From: a virus | Lineage: Duplodnaviria > Heunggongvirae > Uroviricota > Caudoviricetes | Strand: one strand, 5' to 3' | IMG/VR virus record: IMGVR_UViG_2579778634_000020 | DNA length: 46,724 nt | Shown here: piece after piece, positions 9,819 to 20,010 of the stretch | Layout of the letters: the number at the start of each line of letters is the position of its first letter | How positions within the stretch are numbered: position 1 is the first letter of the stretch | Made by a program: the position numbers and the translations under genes | Notes under the pieces: generated by a model | Databases searched by the model: none | What the model was told of the DNA's origin: nothing | Seen by the model: the letters and a program-made list of their open reading frames with translations, nothing else

Positions 9819-12800
9819 TTAACATTCCCCCATCACGTCGCATATTTAACAGATTGCCCTGCACCCGCTGATCAACCATCCCCATAAGTGCTTTTATTGC
9901 CTGAGGGCCAATCTCTCCATTCTGGCCGTCATTTTGAATAGTGATTTGGTATACAGGGGCATAGGTAATATCTCCGCCTCCATTACCACTTTTACTATTA
10001 ATAGCTCTGACACCAAGAGAACCATCGGAAGTTCGTGTTAATGGCATAATGGCTTCCGGTCCAGCCTCACCAAAAACACCAGCCCCTTTTGCAAAAGCAA
10101 AAAATTGCGGGGAATCATAAATACCGTTCGAATACGTGCTCAATGACGGAGACTCATAAACACCGCCCTTTGCATTCGGAATAAATTTACTAATAGCACT
10201 CCCGATAGTTCCTAAAATCCCCCCAGAAGAACTGTTACTAATGCTGTCGAAAATCCCAGTAATTGAAGCCTTTAATGCTATTCGACTAAGATCCGAAATC
10301 ACGGAAGTAGCGAAAGAACGAAAATTTGCCTTGCCTGTCGTGACAAAATCACCCAGCGCATCGGTCATCCCATCAAACATCTGAGTCGTGGTTGATTTTA
10401 TCTGCTCACTGATATCCTTAGTGTCATCCAGCCAGTTATTGAATCCCTGGGAGGCACCACTAACCCAGTCTCCTGCCTGAATATCGAGCTGCTCGTTTTT
10501 CTGTCTGACAATTTCTTTTTCCCGTTCCAGAGCATCATTCAGAGCCTGCATTTTCTCTTGAAAAACATGATCTGACATTCCACGGGATTTATCTGCATAG
10601 TCACGTTCAAGTTGCAGACGCTGATTGTTATATCCATGTTCAATCCGCAGTAATTCCTGCTGGCGTTGCTGATTTTTATCGCCAACCCCATAACCAGCAA
10701 TCTGAATATCATACCCCTGCTGACGATTATCAATCGAAGCCTGCAATGAATCACGCCATGCTGTTATTTCGGCGGATTCCTTGATTAGCCTGTTATTCTT
10801 TTCAATCGCAACATTTTTCTCCATCAACGCGGTTATTTCTTCCCGGTGTAAGAGAAGCGATTTCTGATCCTGGGTTAATTTCGATGATGGTCGTGACTCC
10901 AGGTCGGCAATCCGCTGACGCCACTTAACCAGTTCCTGTTCAGAGGAACTTAATTTAACGGTCAACTCAGCTTGTGAACTTAGTAACGCATTCTGTTGAT
11001 TCAGATGATCAATCATTCGTTGGGCTGCATCATCAGAATAACCTTTCGCCTTTGGTTGCTTTGGATCTTTATAACGCTCATTTATTTGAGCGATAAGATT
11101 ATTATATTCTTCCTTTGAATACTGATTCTTTAGCTTTTCCAGTTTTGCAAGTTCACTAGCTCTCTGCTGCTCCCGGGTCTGATATTGTTTTGAAAAGGCA
11201 TCTGCTCTCTGTCTGAGTTCAATTCCTTCCTGTTGTCGCTTGTTGTAATCGTTTATTGATGAATTTAGTACGTCCTGAGCAATTTTTTCTGCTTGAAGTA
11301 CGCCCAATTGCTGCTTTAATCGTGCCAGCCTTTTATTTTGAGCTCCGCCATCTCCAATGCCACCTAACCCGAAAACTCCGGGTCGGGTATTTTTTTCTAT
11401 TTCATCAATTTGACGGAGAACATCTGAGATTTTTTGATCAAGGGAGGCCTCACGGCCAATATCCAGCATGGAATCCCATGCCCATTTTGCGGAGTCTGCG
11501 ACAGCTTTCCATGCAGTCTCAAGATAACCAAGATTTTCTTTAATCTGGTTGGTGCGCTGGATCATTGAGGATGAGTATTCTTCTGTCGCAATGCGGGCGG
11601 CCTCCTGCTGGTTCCCTTCATCCTGTAGCGCCTTAATCTGGTTATAAGTCGCAAGTGTCAGAAAATGGTACTGATCATTAAGTTTTGATATGGCACTGAC
11701 AGGATCCTTTGCAATTTCATTGAAGTCATTAACCAGTTGTTCGGTTGATATTCCTGTTACTTCGCTCGTTTTTACTATCGCTGTCGTCACTTGCTCCAGC
11801 GAACTGCTCGCTACCTTTCCCGAACGCACAAGCTGATTTAATACTGCCGCCGCAGCACCAGTTGTCGAATCAGCCGCATTCCCGGCACGTTGAGCTATAT
11901 CGCCCAATTGCCCGCTGGTTGTCCCCAACTGATTTCCGGTAAGAATAAGAGATTTATTAAATTCGTCCTGCTCCTGAGAGCCTTTATAGTAAGCCAGTCC
12001 TAAGACCCCAACGGCTGCTGCGGCCAGGGTAAAAGGATTAATTAATCCCAGCACATAAGAACCTACACCTTTGATCGCCGGGCCAATCCCACCGAACATA
12101 TCTTTTAGCTGGCCGCCCTGCTGCATTAACACCATAAATGGCGACTGACCAGTGGACAACCCAACAACAATATCCGTCATTTGTGCAGGCAACATGCGCA
12201 TAGCAAAAGCCGTTTGTTTTGCCGACATTCCGGTTTTGCTTAATTGTGATTGGGTAACCTCAAGCTCACTCCGCATAGCACGAAGTTTTCCAGAAAGCTC
12301 CTCATACATTTCAGGAGAAAGCATCCCCTTAGCTTTTGCTTCATTGAGCTGTTTCTGTTGTTCTACCAGACGATTAAAAGCAGTTCCGACAGGATCAAGT
12401 TGAGCAATCAGACGTTGCAAAGCAACAACCTGTTCATCATGCGCTTTTGCTGCTTCTCGCTCTGCCTGAGCCTCTCCGGTAAGCTCTCGCCGTGTTTCCT
12501 GTATTTTTCGGCTATAATTCTCAAACTGAGAACCATTTATTTTCCCGGATGCAAACGCAGCATTAAGTTCATCATGCTGTTGTTCAAGATTTCTTAGCGC
12601 CGCAGCCAGAGGGTCGATCTTGTCCAGCATTCTTTGAAAGGCCTGAGCCTGCGCTTCCTGCTGGGCGGCAGCAAGTTTTCCGGCCTTCTCGGCTTCTCTC
12701 TGCGCTTGCGCAACCCCGCTCAATTCCTCTGTGGTTTCATTAAGTTTACGGACAAGAAATTCATATTCTTCTTTATCAATAAGCCCTTTATCGAAAAATT

Positions 12801-13044
12801 TCTTTAATTCAGAATAGCGTCGACCGACAGTATCAATTGCGGCACCAACTGGATCAATAGCTGCTTTTAATTTTGCGAGCGCGTTCTTCTCATCTTCTGT
12901 TGCCTTAGTCACTTTCCCTGCGCTATTTGCAGCAGTTTCCCCAGCCTGCGTCATTTTGACTAATGAGGAGGTCAGATTGTCAGCATTATTTTTCGCTCCA
13001 GTGCTATCAATAATTATTGCGAGACGCGAGGTTTGCTCTGCCAT
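9811..13044 (-). CDS. H: Tail tape measure protein
   Basis: 1077 aa, strongly coiled-coil and Ala/Gln/Glu-rich, with a hydrophobic Gly-rich central segment (…[35 protein letters not shown]…). Lies between G-T and M. RBS AGGAG. Confidence 0.9.
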
Positions 13045-13060
13045 TTATTAAAACTCCTGA

Positions 13061-13089
13061 CAACAAAAAACCCACCGCGAAGTGGGTTT
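13061..13089 (-). terminator. Terminator-like hairpin immediately 5' of the tape measure gene
   Basis: Minus strand AAACCCAC-TTCGCG-GTGGGTTT followed by TTTGTTG, then RBS AGGAG and the H start codon. Confidence 0.4.
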
Positions 13090-13209
13090 CAGGCGACATA
13101 ATAGTAGATATAGCGATTACGAGGCCACGCAATGCTTTTCTCCAGGAGCATCATCGATTTAATTAAAGACACCATCACATCTCTGTAACAGAGTGTACGT
13201 AATTAACAA

Positions 13210-13979
13210 CTACACACACTGCTCCTGAAAATACTGGTCATCCAGTGCAAAGATCACTGCTTCAAATTCATCGCGCTCAATCAATACCGGATGAGTGGCT
13301 AAATATTCATTTATCTCTGTCAGAGATAAAGGCAAAGGCACCCCAGCCATTCCAGCATAACGTCGGGCACGGGATATTACCGAATAGGCGTACAACAACT
13401 CCTTAAGCACCGGGTCTATTTCTGGTTCCGGTATCGGTGGCAACCTGAGTTTTTCTCGCTTCCATCTTGCCTTTTCCCCCCTTTCTCCCCCGAACTCCGA
13501 TAACCACCGCTGGGCAGCTATGGCTTTTTTATCGTATCCTGCTTCTGCTGCTCTTTACCCTGGGCGATGCTGGCTGCTTCTGCAAGGATCTGCCAGTACA
13601 ACTCTGGATTCTGCTTAAGCAGCGCGATCCCTCGTTCTGCCGTATATTCCAGTGCAACCTCAACACCATTAACCAGTTCACCAACCCCTTTCCAGTCTTT
13701 CAGCAGATAACGAGCGGCATTATCAATGAGTAAATCATCAACAGAATCCACCTCGGAAACCTTTGAAATATCAAACTCCTTCGTTCCGACGTGCAAACTG
13801 GCATCCATTTTCTCAATGTGGCGACGGATTAATGCATTACGGGAGCGATACTGATCGTTATCGCTGCTTGCCACCAACAGTTTTAACCCGTCTACAGGTT
13901 TTAAGTCCTTCATTGGCGTAAACCAGCGTTCTCCACCAATGATAATTTTCTGATTAAGAATAAACATCCATAACCTCAT
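13210..13979 (-). CDS. Tail assembly chaperone G-T fusion, made by programmed -1 ribosomal frameshift
   Basis: G frame ends …DTIKKP-stop at 13518. The -1 frame is open from the slip site through the 13210-13443 ORF (…KKAIAAQRWLSEFGGERGEKARWKREKLRLPPIPEPE…). Position between the major tail protein and tape measure genes matches lambda G/GT. Confidence 0.7.
13518..13979 (-). CDS. G: Tail assembly chaperone G
   Basis: 153-aa ORF directly upstream of the T frame and tape measure gene; the slippery site lies in its last codons. Confidence 0.8.
   Translation of the reverse strand: MRLWMFILNQKIIIGGERWFTPMKDLKPVDGLKLLVASSDNDQYRSRNALIRRHIEKMDASLHVGTKEFDISKVSEVDSVDDLLIDNAARYLLKDWKGVGELVNGVEVALEYTAERGIALLKQNPELYWQILAEAASIAQGKEQQKQDTIKKP
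13524..13530 (-). other. Slippery heptamer A_AAA_AAG for -1 frameshifting (G to G-T)
   Basis: Minus strand 13530-13524 reads A AAA AAG with AAA and AAG as in-frame G codons, 2 codons before the G stop. It is the same heptamer used in E. coli dnaX. Confidence 0.7.
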
Positions 13980-14027
13980 TCAATGCGTCCCCCTGTAGGG
14001 CAGTACCACAGGAGGAATAACGGAAAA

Positions 14028-14990
14028 TCAACTAATCGCCTCAGCACTGGCTTTTGCGATCACGGCAGCCGGGGAATTTTTTTTTCTGGTTATCGTAGGT
14101 GCTTCATCTGCTGCGGTAATGCTCAATTGAACCTGGATAATGTCGCTATTACCCCCATCAGGCCATTCACCTGACACCTGAACCTTCGGGAAACTGAAAG
14201 TGTATGCCCCCTCTCCATTCGAAAGCGTGAAGCTGAACGGAACTGTTTCTCCAGTCAGTGTTTTACTCCAGATTTCCCACGCGGCTTTAGACCATGAAAG
14301 CGTCACCGTACCGGACGGTGTAAAAGTAGTCGGAATATTTGCTCCTGCATAAGGCGAGCCAGTCCCGATACAACGCTGTGTCTGGAGTTTGTTATCGAAC
14401 TGAATATCAAAACTGTCGATACAAAAACCGTTACCTCCGGCAACACCATTCAGGCTTACTGCTGAAACCTCCTTAAACGAATAACGTAGCTTTCCTGCAC
14501 TATCCACAGGTTCGCCTTTGATAAAATTCGTATCATCGGCCTTTGATTCCCAGTCCAGTCCGGCAAAGGTTACGGTCGCTGTAATATCGCCGTCGTTAGG
14601 GATCTGCATTTTCCATGAGCCAACCTGCGCTCCTCTGACGACAGAGGCAATTCCGACATCGGACGCATAGGTCGCCAGAGAAAATGTTATTCGCTCATTC
14701 CCCATTGTCAGAGAATCGCCTGACCATTCCGCGCCGAAACAGGATGCAAGAAAATCATCATGTTGACCCCAGCGAAATTTGGTACCAACATCACCGCCGA
14801 CATCCACAGTGCCAGGCGTCGCCCCCTGAGCCATCCGGGAGCCACCAATCTCATTATTTTCGCCTTTATTCTGGGTGGGTTTTACTCCCCAGCTTGTGCG
14901 TTTTAATAAACTCCAGTCACCACTTGCTGGCGTAGTGCCTGCAACCGTCTCCCGGATAAATGCCGAGATAACCTTTGCACCTGAACTCAC
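14028..14990 (-). CDS. Major tail (tube) protein, V-position, with a C-terminal Ig-like extension
   Basis: 320-aa ORF between the neck genes and G. The C-terminal ~90 aa are Thr/Ser/Gly-rich and beta-strand-like, typical of Big_2-type decoration domains. Assigned by position and composition, not by clear identity to lambda V. Confidence 0.7.
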   Translation of the reverse strand: MSSGAKVISAFIRETVAGTTPASGDWSLLKRTSWGVKPTQNKGENNEIGGSRMAQGATPGTVDVGGDVGTKFRWGQHDDFLASCFGAEWSGDSLTMGNERITFSLATYASDVGIASVVRGAQVGSWKMQIPNDGDITATVTFAGLDWESKADDTNFIKGEPVDSAGKLRYSFKEVSAVSLNGVAGGNGFCIDSFDIQFDNKLQTQRCIGTGSPYAGANIPTTFTPSGTVTLSWSKAAWEIWSKTLTGETVPFSFTLSNGEGAYTFSFPKVQVSGEWPDGGNSDIIQVQLSITAADEAPTITRKKNSPAAVIAKASAEAIS

Positions 14991-15016
14991 AGGAGCCTCC
15001 TATGTCATAAATTGCG

Positions 15017-15409
15017 CTAGAGCGCGCGATATGGAATTTGAAGATTAAGCTGGAACCAGCCATTCTTTTCGCCAACGGCTATTGAGGAAACAGCCTGGTA
15101 ACTGAGACGATCGTCATCCTGAAACTCAAACAGTTCCCGCAATTTATCGGCTGTCTCAGTAATGAGTTTTGAACCAGAACCTGCGGGGACAAATAACTGA
15201 ATAATGATTATCCCCGTGCGATAAACAATCGGCCCCGCGCCAATTTCATTAACTCCAGCCTGCCCGGGAATATTACTTAACCGCGCCCAGATTAACTTAC
15301 CGGAAGGATCGAACGTTGGCGCGTTCGGATACAATACGTCTTTTCCATCAATAATCGTCTGTGCCGTCATTCTGGAAATAACCGTATTTCTGATTTCAGT
15401 AAACGTCAT
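15017..15409 (-). CDS. Tail terminator / tail completion protein (lambda U-position)
   Basis: 130-aa ORF immediately upstream of the major tail protein gene. Positional call. Confidence 0.55.
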   Translation of the reverse strand: MTFTEIRNTVISRMTAQTIIDGKDVLYPNAPTFDPSGKLIWARLSNIPGQAGVNEIGAGPIVYRTGIIIIQLFVPAGSGSKLITETADKLRELFEFQDDDRLSYQAVSSIAVGEKNGWFQLNLQIPYRAL

Positions 15410-15786
15410 TTGTAAGCCTGTAAAACACCATGAAAAGCGTTGGCATACACGCCAGTTGGCGCTTGTTGTGAATGACCGTTTTCAAGAATCTCTGCATAAG
15501 GAAGGTTATTCTGGATATAAATAACTCCGTAATTTGCAGCTTTCGAAATAACCCCGATCCCACGCTGAACCGCAATCGTACCGTTCGGATCCACGTTATC
15601 AGATATACCAAAATCGGGATGCTGTAACGACACCAGGTTGTTATTTCTGAAACGTCCGGTATCAACCGGAGTAGCAATATCAATAGCAGTAAGAATCTGC
15701 ATAGCGATGTAGCGAATTTTCAGCCCCACATCTTCCTCAATCATCCCGGCAAATATTGACGGTTCTATATCCCATGCCTTTGCCAT
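15406..15786 (-). CDS. Head-tail joining / tail completion protein (lambda Z-position)
   Basis: 126-aa ORF, start overlaps the next gene as ATGA. Positional call. Confidence 0.5.
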   Translation of the reverse strand: MAKAWDIEPSIFAGMIEEDVGLKIRYIAMQILTAIDIATPVDTGRFRNNNLVSLQHPDFGISDNVDPNGTIAVQRGIGVISKAANYGVIYIQNNLPYAEILENGHSQQAPTGVYANAFHGVLQAYK

Positions 15787-16170
15787 TTACGCTCTCCTTA
15801 ACTGGATAGAGTAAACTGATGCGGAAGGATCTACACTCGCTGTAATTACCTCGTATCGTTGTAACTGCCTTAATACAGGATCATAAATCTCAATAATATG
15901 GTCGACAGCGGGTTTATCCGTAACCTCGCATACCAGAGCGGTTAATTTAAGGTCACCATGCAAAATATTAATCCCATCAATTCTGCCCAGCTTATAACGT
16001 GTCAACACGCCTCGCCCGGTATAGATTGCGGTGGATTCGCCACCAGTTTCCGTCACAGGATCCCAGTGCCGGTGCGTAACGTAAGAACCAGAAAAATCAC
16101 TCACGGCGTCCGCTAAATCCTCATCAAAAGCAGCGGCAACCTCTGACTGAATCTCTTCACGAAGCCCCAT
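15787..16170 (-). CDS. Head-tail adaptor / head closure protein
   Basis: 127-aa ORF in the neck module between the capsid and tail genes. Confidence 0.5.
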   Translation of the reverse strand: MGLREEIQSEVAAAFDEDLADAVSDFSGSYVTHRHWDPVTETGGESTAIYTGRGVLTRYKLGRIDGINILHGDLKLTALVCEVTDKPAVDHIIEIYDPVLRQLQRYEVITASVDPSASVYSIQLRRA

Positions 16171-16565
16171 TATCCCCCCCTCACAACCCTGACTTGTGAG
16201 CGACTAAGTCCGTACGGTTTCAGCAGTGCTATCGCAAGCTGTAAATCGGGTTCAAGCAATGCAGTGCTGTTTGCTGGCAACTCAGCAAATGATTTCGATA
16301 CACTGACCCCGTCAGCCGACACGGCTTTACTGATAACAACGCCAGAATCATTTTTCTGCTGAAACAACTTACCGAATGAGGCAATTCTGGCTGCATATGC
16401 TCCCGCAAGTTTTACCTCTTCCGGAATACGGGATGGGTTAATTTTCAGGTTGAAGCCATTAAGCCAGGCATTAGCCATTAAAACAGCTTTATTTTTAGCG
16501 TTCTCACTCGTCCAGCCGTTCCCAAACGCATTATCAACGTCATCACAGGTCACGTAAGTGATCAT
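16170..16565 (-). CDS. Head-tail connector protein
   Basis: 131-aa ORF in the neck module; start overlaps the downstream gene. Confidence 0.5.
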   Translation of the reverse strand: MITYVTCDDVDNAFGNGWTSENAKNKAVLMANAWLNGFNLKINPSRIPEEVKLAGAYAARIASFGKLFQQKNDSGVVISKAVSADGVSVSKSFAELPANSTALLEPDLQLAIALLKPYGLSRSQVRVVRGG

Positions 16566-16568
16566 GTG

Positions 16569-16745
16569 TTACTCCTGAGTTTTCCAGCCCATAGCCTTCC
16601 AGTTGTCAACTTCATCAGGATGAACATTAGCGATAGTTGGTGCGCCGGGAAACATCTGATAATCGGTCACCATAACCACTAACTCAATTTGCGTTTTTTG
16701 TGCGGCTTCACGCTGTGCTCTTTGCTCTTTAGTTAATCCGGCCAT
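16569..16745 (-). CDS. Small ORF (58 aa) between the major capsid and neck genes
   Basis: Not in the supplied track (<60 aa). ATG at 16745 preceded by RBS GGAGG; reads MAGLTKEQRAQREAAQKTQIELVVMVTDYQMFPGAPTIANVHPDEVDNWKAMGWKTQE, TAA at 16569-16571. Confidence 0.4.
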   Translation of the reverse strand: MAGLTKEQRAQREAAQKTQIELVVMVTDYQMFPGAPTIANVHPDEVDNWKAMGWKTQE

Positions 16746-16756
16746 ATGCCCTCCAT

Positions 16757-16777
16757 TAAAAATGGGGCCGAAGCCCC
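16757..16777 (-). terminator. Short GC hairpin with UUCG loop after the major capsid gene (attenuator-like)
   Basis: Minus strand GGGGC-TTCG-GCCCC followed by ATTTTTA, then RBS GGAGG of the small ORF. Confidence 0.4.
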
Positions 16778-16787
16778 GTTTGAATGT

Positions 16788-17927
16788 TTAACCAAGAATC
16801 AGACAACCATGTGCCGGCTTCACTGATGAAACACCCCATGCCAGTCCAACTTCATAGCGCACCTGGCGATACTGACGATACAGTGCAATCTGGAACGTAA
16901 TCCCTGAAATCGGGTCCGTAACATTCATTACATCATCAGCATTATCGCCACCTTCCGGCATTGCCGGAGTACGGGATGCCAGCAGAAACGCGTTGCGATC
17001 AAACGCCATATTTGCAGTAAAGGAGCCAACAACTGTGATTGCAGTATCATCGGCCAGATCCTGACGCAGTCCGGGCGCTGCAAGAGTAATCAGATTGCTG
17101 GTCGCTGCTGCCACAACATACTGATTCGGATCGCCAGCGAACGTAACAATCTGACCTGCAGAAATACTCCCCGAACCAGTATCAATGGAAATAAGAACAT
17201 CGCCTTCTTTTTTCTCGCCATTCACGAGATAACCAGTTGCAGCAACCTTTGGCGCTCGTTTTACACCTGCCGAACTGTGAATATTGAATCCCTCCAGACG
17301 CCCCAACACGCCCTCACGCAGTAGCTGTTCAGTGCCGGATTCATTCACTTTAAACAGTACAGACTGTTTTCCGCGCAAATTAGCAATGGCAGTGGAGCCA
17401 AGCACCATCTGCAGATCGGTTGTCGGTGCGCCGTTATCCTCCAGAACCTGACGAGCCAGAGCAGCATCAGAAAGATCATCTTTAACACCAAACGGCGTTG
17501 TCCCTGCGGTTCCCACGGCGCGGGAAGCACCGAAATACAACGCACCAAGATCAGCCTCAACCTCGTTTGCAAGGGCGCGAAAAGCCTGCTTGAACTGATC
17601 AGCAAGAATGGTGTTGTAAGTCCCTGAAGGGCCAAGAGCCAGTTGTTCTTCACCATTCCATTTAACCGGTGCCATTTTGGATTTAGTAATTTTCACATCA
17701 ACAGTGCCAATATTTTGATCACCGGTATTCGGAGCTGACGGCCCCGGTACGATATCTTCGGTTTTCGCCTCAGGCGCAACTGGCGCGGTTACCGTCTGAT
17801 CTTTTGCTGCGGCGTCAGCTTTTGCGTTTTTTGCTACCGCAGGGATAAAACCTACCTGCTCACGGGATACAATATCCAGGGCGGTATAAATAGTCGGGAT
17901 CAACCCGGTCAGGGTATTTCCAGCCAT
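16788..17927 (-). CDS. Major capsid protein
   Basis: Long ORF downstream of the scaffold gene, followed by a terminator-like hairpin. Likely start is the ATG at 17927 (MAGNTLTGLIPTIYT…); the track ORF extends to 18020 with no RBS. Confidence 0.8.
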   Translation of the reverse strand: MAGNTLTGLIPTIYTALDIVSREQVGFIPAVAKNAKADAAAKDQTVTAPVAPEAKTEDIVPGPSAPNTGDQNIGTVDVKITKSKMAPVKWNGEEQLALGPSGTYNTILADQFKQAFRALANEVEADLGALYFGASRAVGTAGTTPFGVKDDLSDAALARQVLEDNGAPTTDLQMVLGSTAIANLRGKQSVLFKVNESGTEQLLREGVLGRLEGFNIHSSAGVKRAPKVAATGYLVNGEKKEGDVLISIDTGSGSISAGQIVTFAGDPNQYVVAAATSNLITLAAPGLRQDLADDTAITVVGSFTANMAFDRNAFLLASRTPAMPEGGDNADDVMNVTDPISGITFQIALYRQYRQVRYEVGLAWGVSSVKPAHGCLILG

Positions 17928-18025
17928 AATTAAATATTCCTTAAAAATTTGCGTAATTGTGAATAGATGGAGTAATGAGCTATCCAGCCCTGACACCAGC
18001 TCCCATCCGGAAGCTGACAAATGTG

Positions 18026-18790
18026 TTAATCAACAATTGTGATACCGTCTTTCAATGCGTTTTGCTTACCTGCAATATCCAGTGCATCAAAAGCAGAGCG
18101 TTTCATCGTTTTCTGACCAATATCATGCTGTGTCGGACGGGAGCCGCCGCCATTGTTGCCACTGGCTTTCAGGATGTAGTCTTTCTGAGGGTAATTTTCG
18201 ACGAGGAACTCCAGCGCCTCATCAAACTGCGCCAGTTCGCCAGGCTTCGCGCGGGAATAAATTTTGTTGCCGGAAGCGTCATAAGCAACGATCTTCCCTT
18301 CTTCCACTTTGAATGCCTGCCCGAAGCGGGCTTGTAATAAATCTGCCGGGATCGCAATTTTATCGGCAATATATTTTGAACCCGCAAAACTACCGCCAAT
18401 CATAGAATCGTAAAGCTGCGTCTCCAGCATCTGAGAGCGTTGCTTTTCTTCATCTAATTGCTGCTGAAAATTTTTCGTAATTTCTGCCTTAACCTGGTCA
18501 ACCTGTCCCGCATCGAGCAGCTTTTTCTGGTCGATTTTTGACAGCATTTCCAGTGCCTCGATCGCCTTCTTCGGGTCTTCGATAGCGGCAAACTTAGCCA
18601 GTTTTTCCTCTGCAGCTTCTTTAGCCAGGCGATGATTTTTTGCCTCGCCATTAAGCTCTGTAATTTTTTTTGTCGCCAGCGGTGCATCGAAGCCAATTTC
18701 TTTACCATCGTCGTGCACATAAACTGGCAGGCCAGCAGTATCAATTTCTGCGTATTGTTTTCCGTTAATCTCGACCGTTTTCAGTTTCAT
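18026..18790 (-). CDS. Head scaffolding protein
   Basis: Charged, helical, K/E/A/Q-rich (…KEAAEEKLAKFAAIEDPKKAIEALEMLSKIDQKKLLDAGQVDQVKAEITKNFQQQLDEEKQRSQMLETQLYD…), directly upstream of the capsid gene. Likely start is the ATG at 18790 (MKLKTVEING…). Confidence 0.65.
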   Translation of the reverse strand: MKLKTVEINGKQYAEIDTAGLPVYVHDDGKEIGFDAPLATKKITELNGEAKNHRLAKEAAEEKLAKFAAIEDPKKAIEALEMLSKIDQKKLLDAGQVDQVKAEITKNFQQQLDEEKQRSQMLETQLYDSMIGGSFAGSKYIADKIAIPADLLQARFGQAFKVEEGKIVAYDASGNKIYSRAKPGELAQFDEALEFLVENYPQKDYILKASGNNGGGSRPTQHDIGQKTMKRSAFDALDIAGKQNALKDGITIVD

Positions 18791-18848
18791 ATTAGTACCT
18801 GGTTTAAGTCTTCCGACAGTTACGCTGCTCACCATCCGGATCGCAGCA

Positions 18849-18875
18849 ATAAAAAAGGCCACCCGAAGGTAGCCT
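18849..18875 (-). terminator. Intrinsic terminator-like hairpin inside the head operon
   Basis: Minus strand AGGCTACC-TTCG-GGTGGCCT (one G-U wobble pair) followed by TTTTTTATT, between the Mu-F-like gene stop (18895) and the scaffold start. Confidence 0.5.
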
Positions 18876-18894
18876 GTTGTAATAAATGATTTAT

Positions 18895-20010
18895 TTAAAT
18901 CCCTGCTTTTCTGAATACCTGTGCATCACGCTCACGGAGCTGCTTCAGCGTCAGCCATTCGCCTTTATCGGTGTAAAATTCATCTGGCGACATACCACCA
19001 TCCCGAATCAGCTTTGCTCGGGTTTCCCCCACAATCTGTTTTTGTCTGGTGTAAGGCTGACGCAAAAACCATTCCCTGTAGGTTGTATCTCCGGCCACCA
19101 CGCCATCCATGCTGGCCCGCTCAGCCGGGGAAATATCGCGAACATCAATACCCAGTTCCTTCGCTGATTTCAGAATGAACGTTTCCGTTGAGCGGCAGCA
19201 GAAATGAATTTTTCCCGGCCCCTGCAAATAAGGCACGCTGTGACCTACAGGTTTATTATTCAGCGTATATTTGAGGCGATCCCTGATTCGACATTGTGGC
19301 GTAGTACGATTATCAAGCGTTGATAACCATTGCTTACCCTTAATCAAATCATTATTCGCGCTGGCAAAACTCTCACGGGCAGTAGCAGCAAGATGTCCAA
19401 CCGCTGTTTTTGCAATGCTGGCCGCATTAGCCCGGCTCATCTGCAATGCACCATCCTGAAATCCCTTACTGACATGTCCCCGAATTTTTCTTGCGATCTG
19501 CTCATTGGTATCCCCCAGCAAAAAACCCTGACGCACTGTATTTGTTATGCGTCTGAGCCGATCCGCCTCAAGATCTGAGGCCCACTCACTGAGCAGTCGT
19601 CCCTGGAATGGTCGCGCCATTGCAGCGGCATAAAGTGCATCAGGAGAGATACCAACCAGAGGGTGAACATCAGCAACAAAATCAGGTAGCATAGAATCAA
19701 ACAGACTTAACTGATAACCAGCCTCATAAATTGCCAGCTCGTTCAGCTCTCCGGAGAGACGGGTAAACATGCTGTTAATAGCAGCGCGGTTAACCTCTCT
19801 GACACTCGCCAGAAGTGACTCCAGGCGCGTAACGGTAAAACTACCAGGATCGAGGCTGTCCAGTGCTACCAGCAGGCGAGCTGTAAGCTCCGCATCGCTG
19901 TCATTCAGTATTTTCACCATTCTGGCAGCCACACCAGTGCTATAGCGGGATATCCAGACTGCATGAGCAATTGATTCATCACGCAGCCGTTCATTCACGG
20001 TTTGCATCAT
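18895..20010 (-). CDS. Head morphogenesis protein (Mu gpF / SPP1 gp7 family)
   Basis: 371-aa ORF immediately downstream of the portal gene, overlapping it by 20 nt. Family call from position and recalled composition. Confidence 0.75.
   Translation of the reverse strand: MMQTVNERLRDESIAHAVWISRYSTGVAARMVKILNDSDAELTARLLVALDSLDPGSFTVTRLESLLASVREVNRAAINSMFTRLSGELNELAIYEAGYQLSLFDSMLPDFVADVHPLVGISPDALYAAAMARPFQGRLLSEWASDLEADRLRRITNTVRQGFLLGDTNEQIARKIRGHVSKGFQDGALQMSRANAASIAKTAVGHLAATARESFASANNDLIKGKQWLSTLDNRTTPQCRIRDRLKYTLNNKPVGHSVPYLQGPGKIHFCCRSTETFILKSAKELGIDVRDISPAERASMDGVVAGDTTYREWFLRQPYTRQKQIVGETRAKLIRDGGMSPDEFYTDKGEWLTLKQLRERDAQVFRKAGI

Noticed and set aside
17345-18399. Alternative-frame and antisense ORFs across the capsid and scaffold genes (17345-17656, 17975-18337, 18055-18312, 18169-18399, 18454-18744)
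   Set aside because: All overlap the capsid or scaffold coding frames; no RBS; low-complexity translations.
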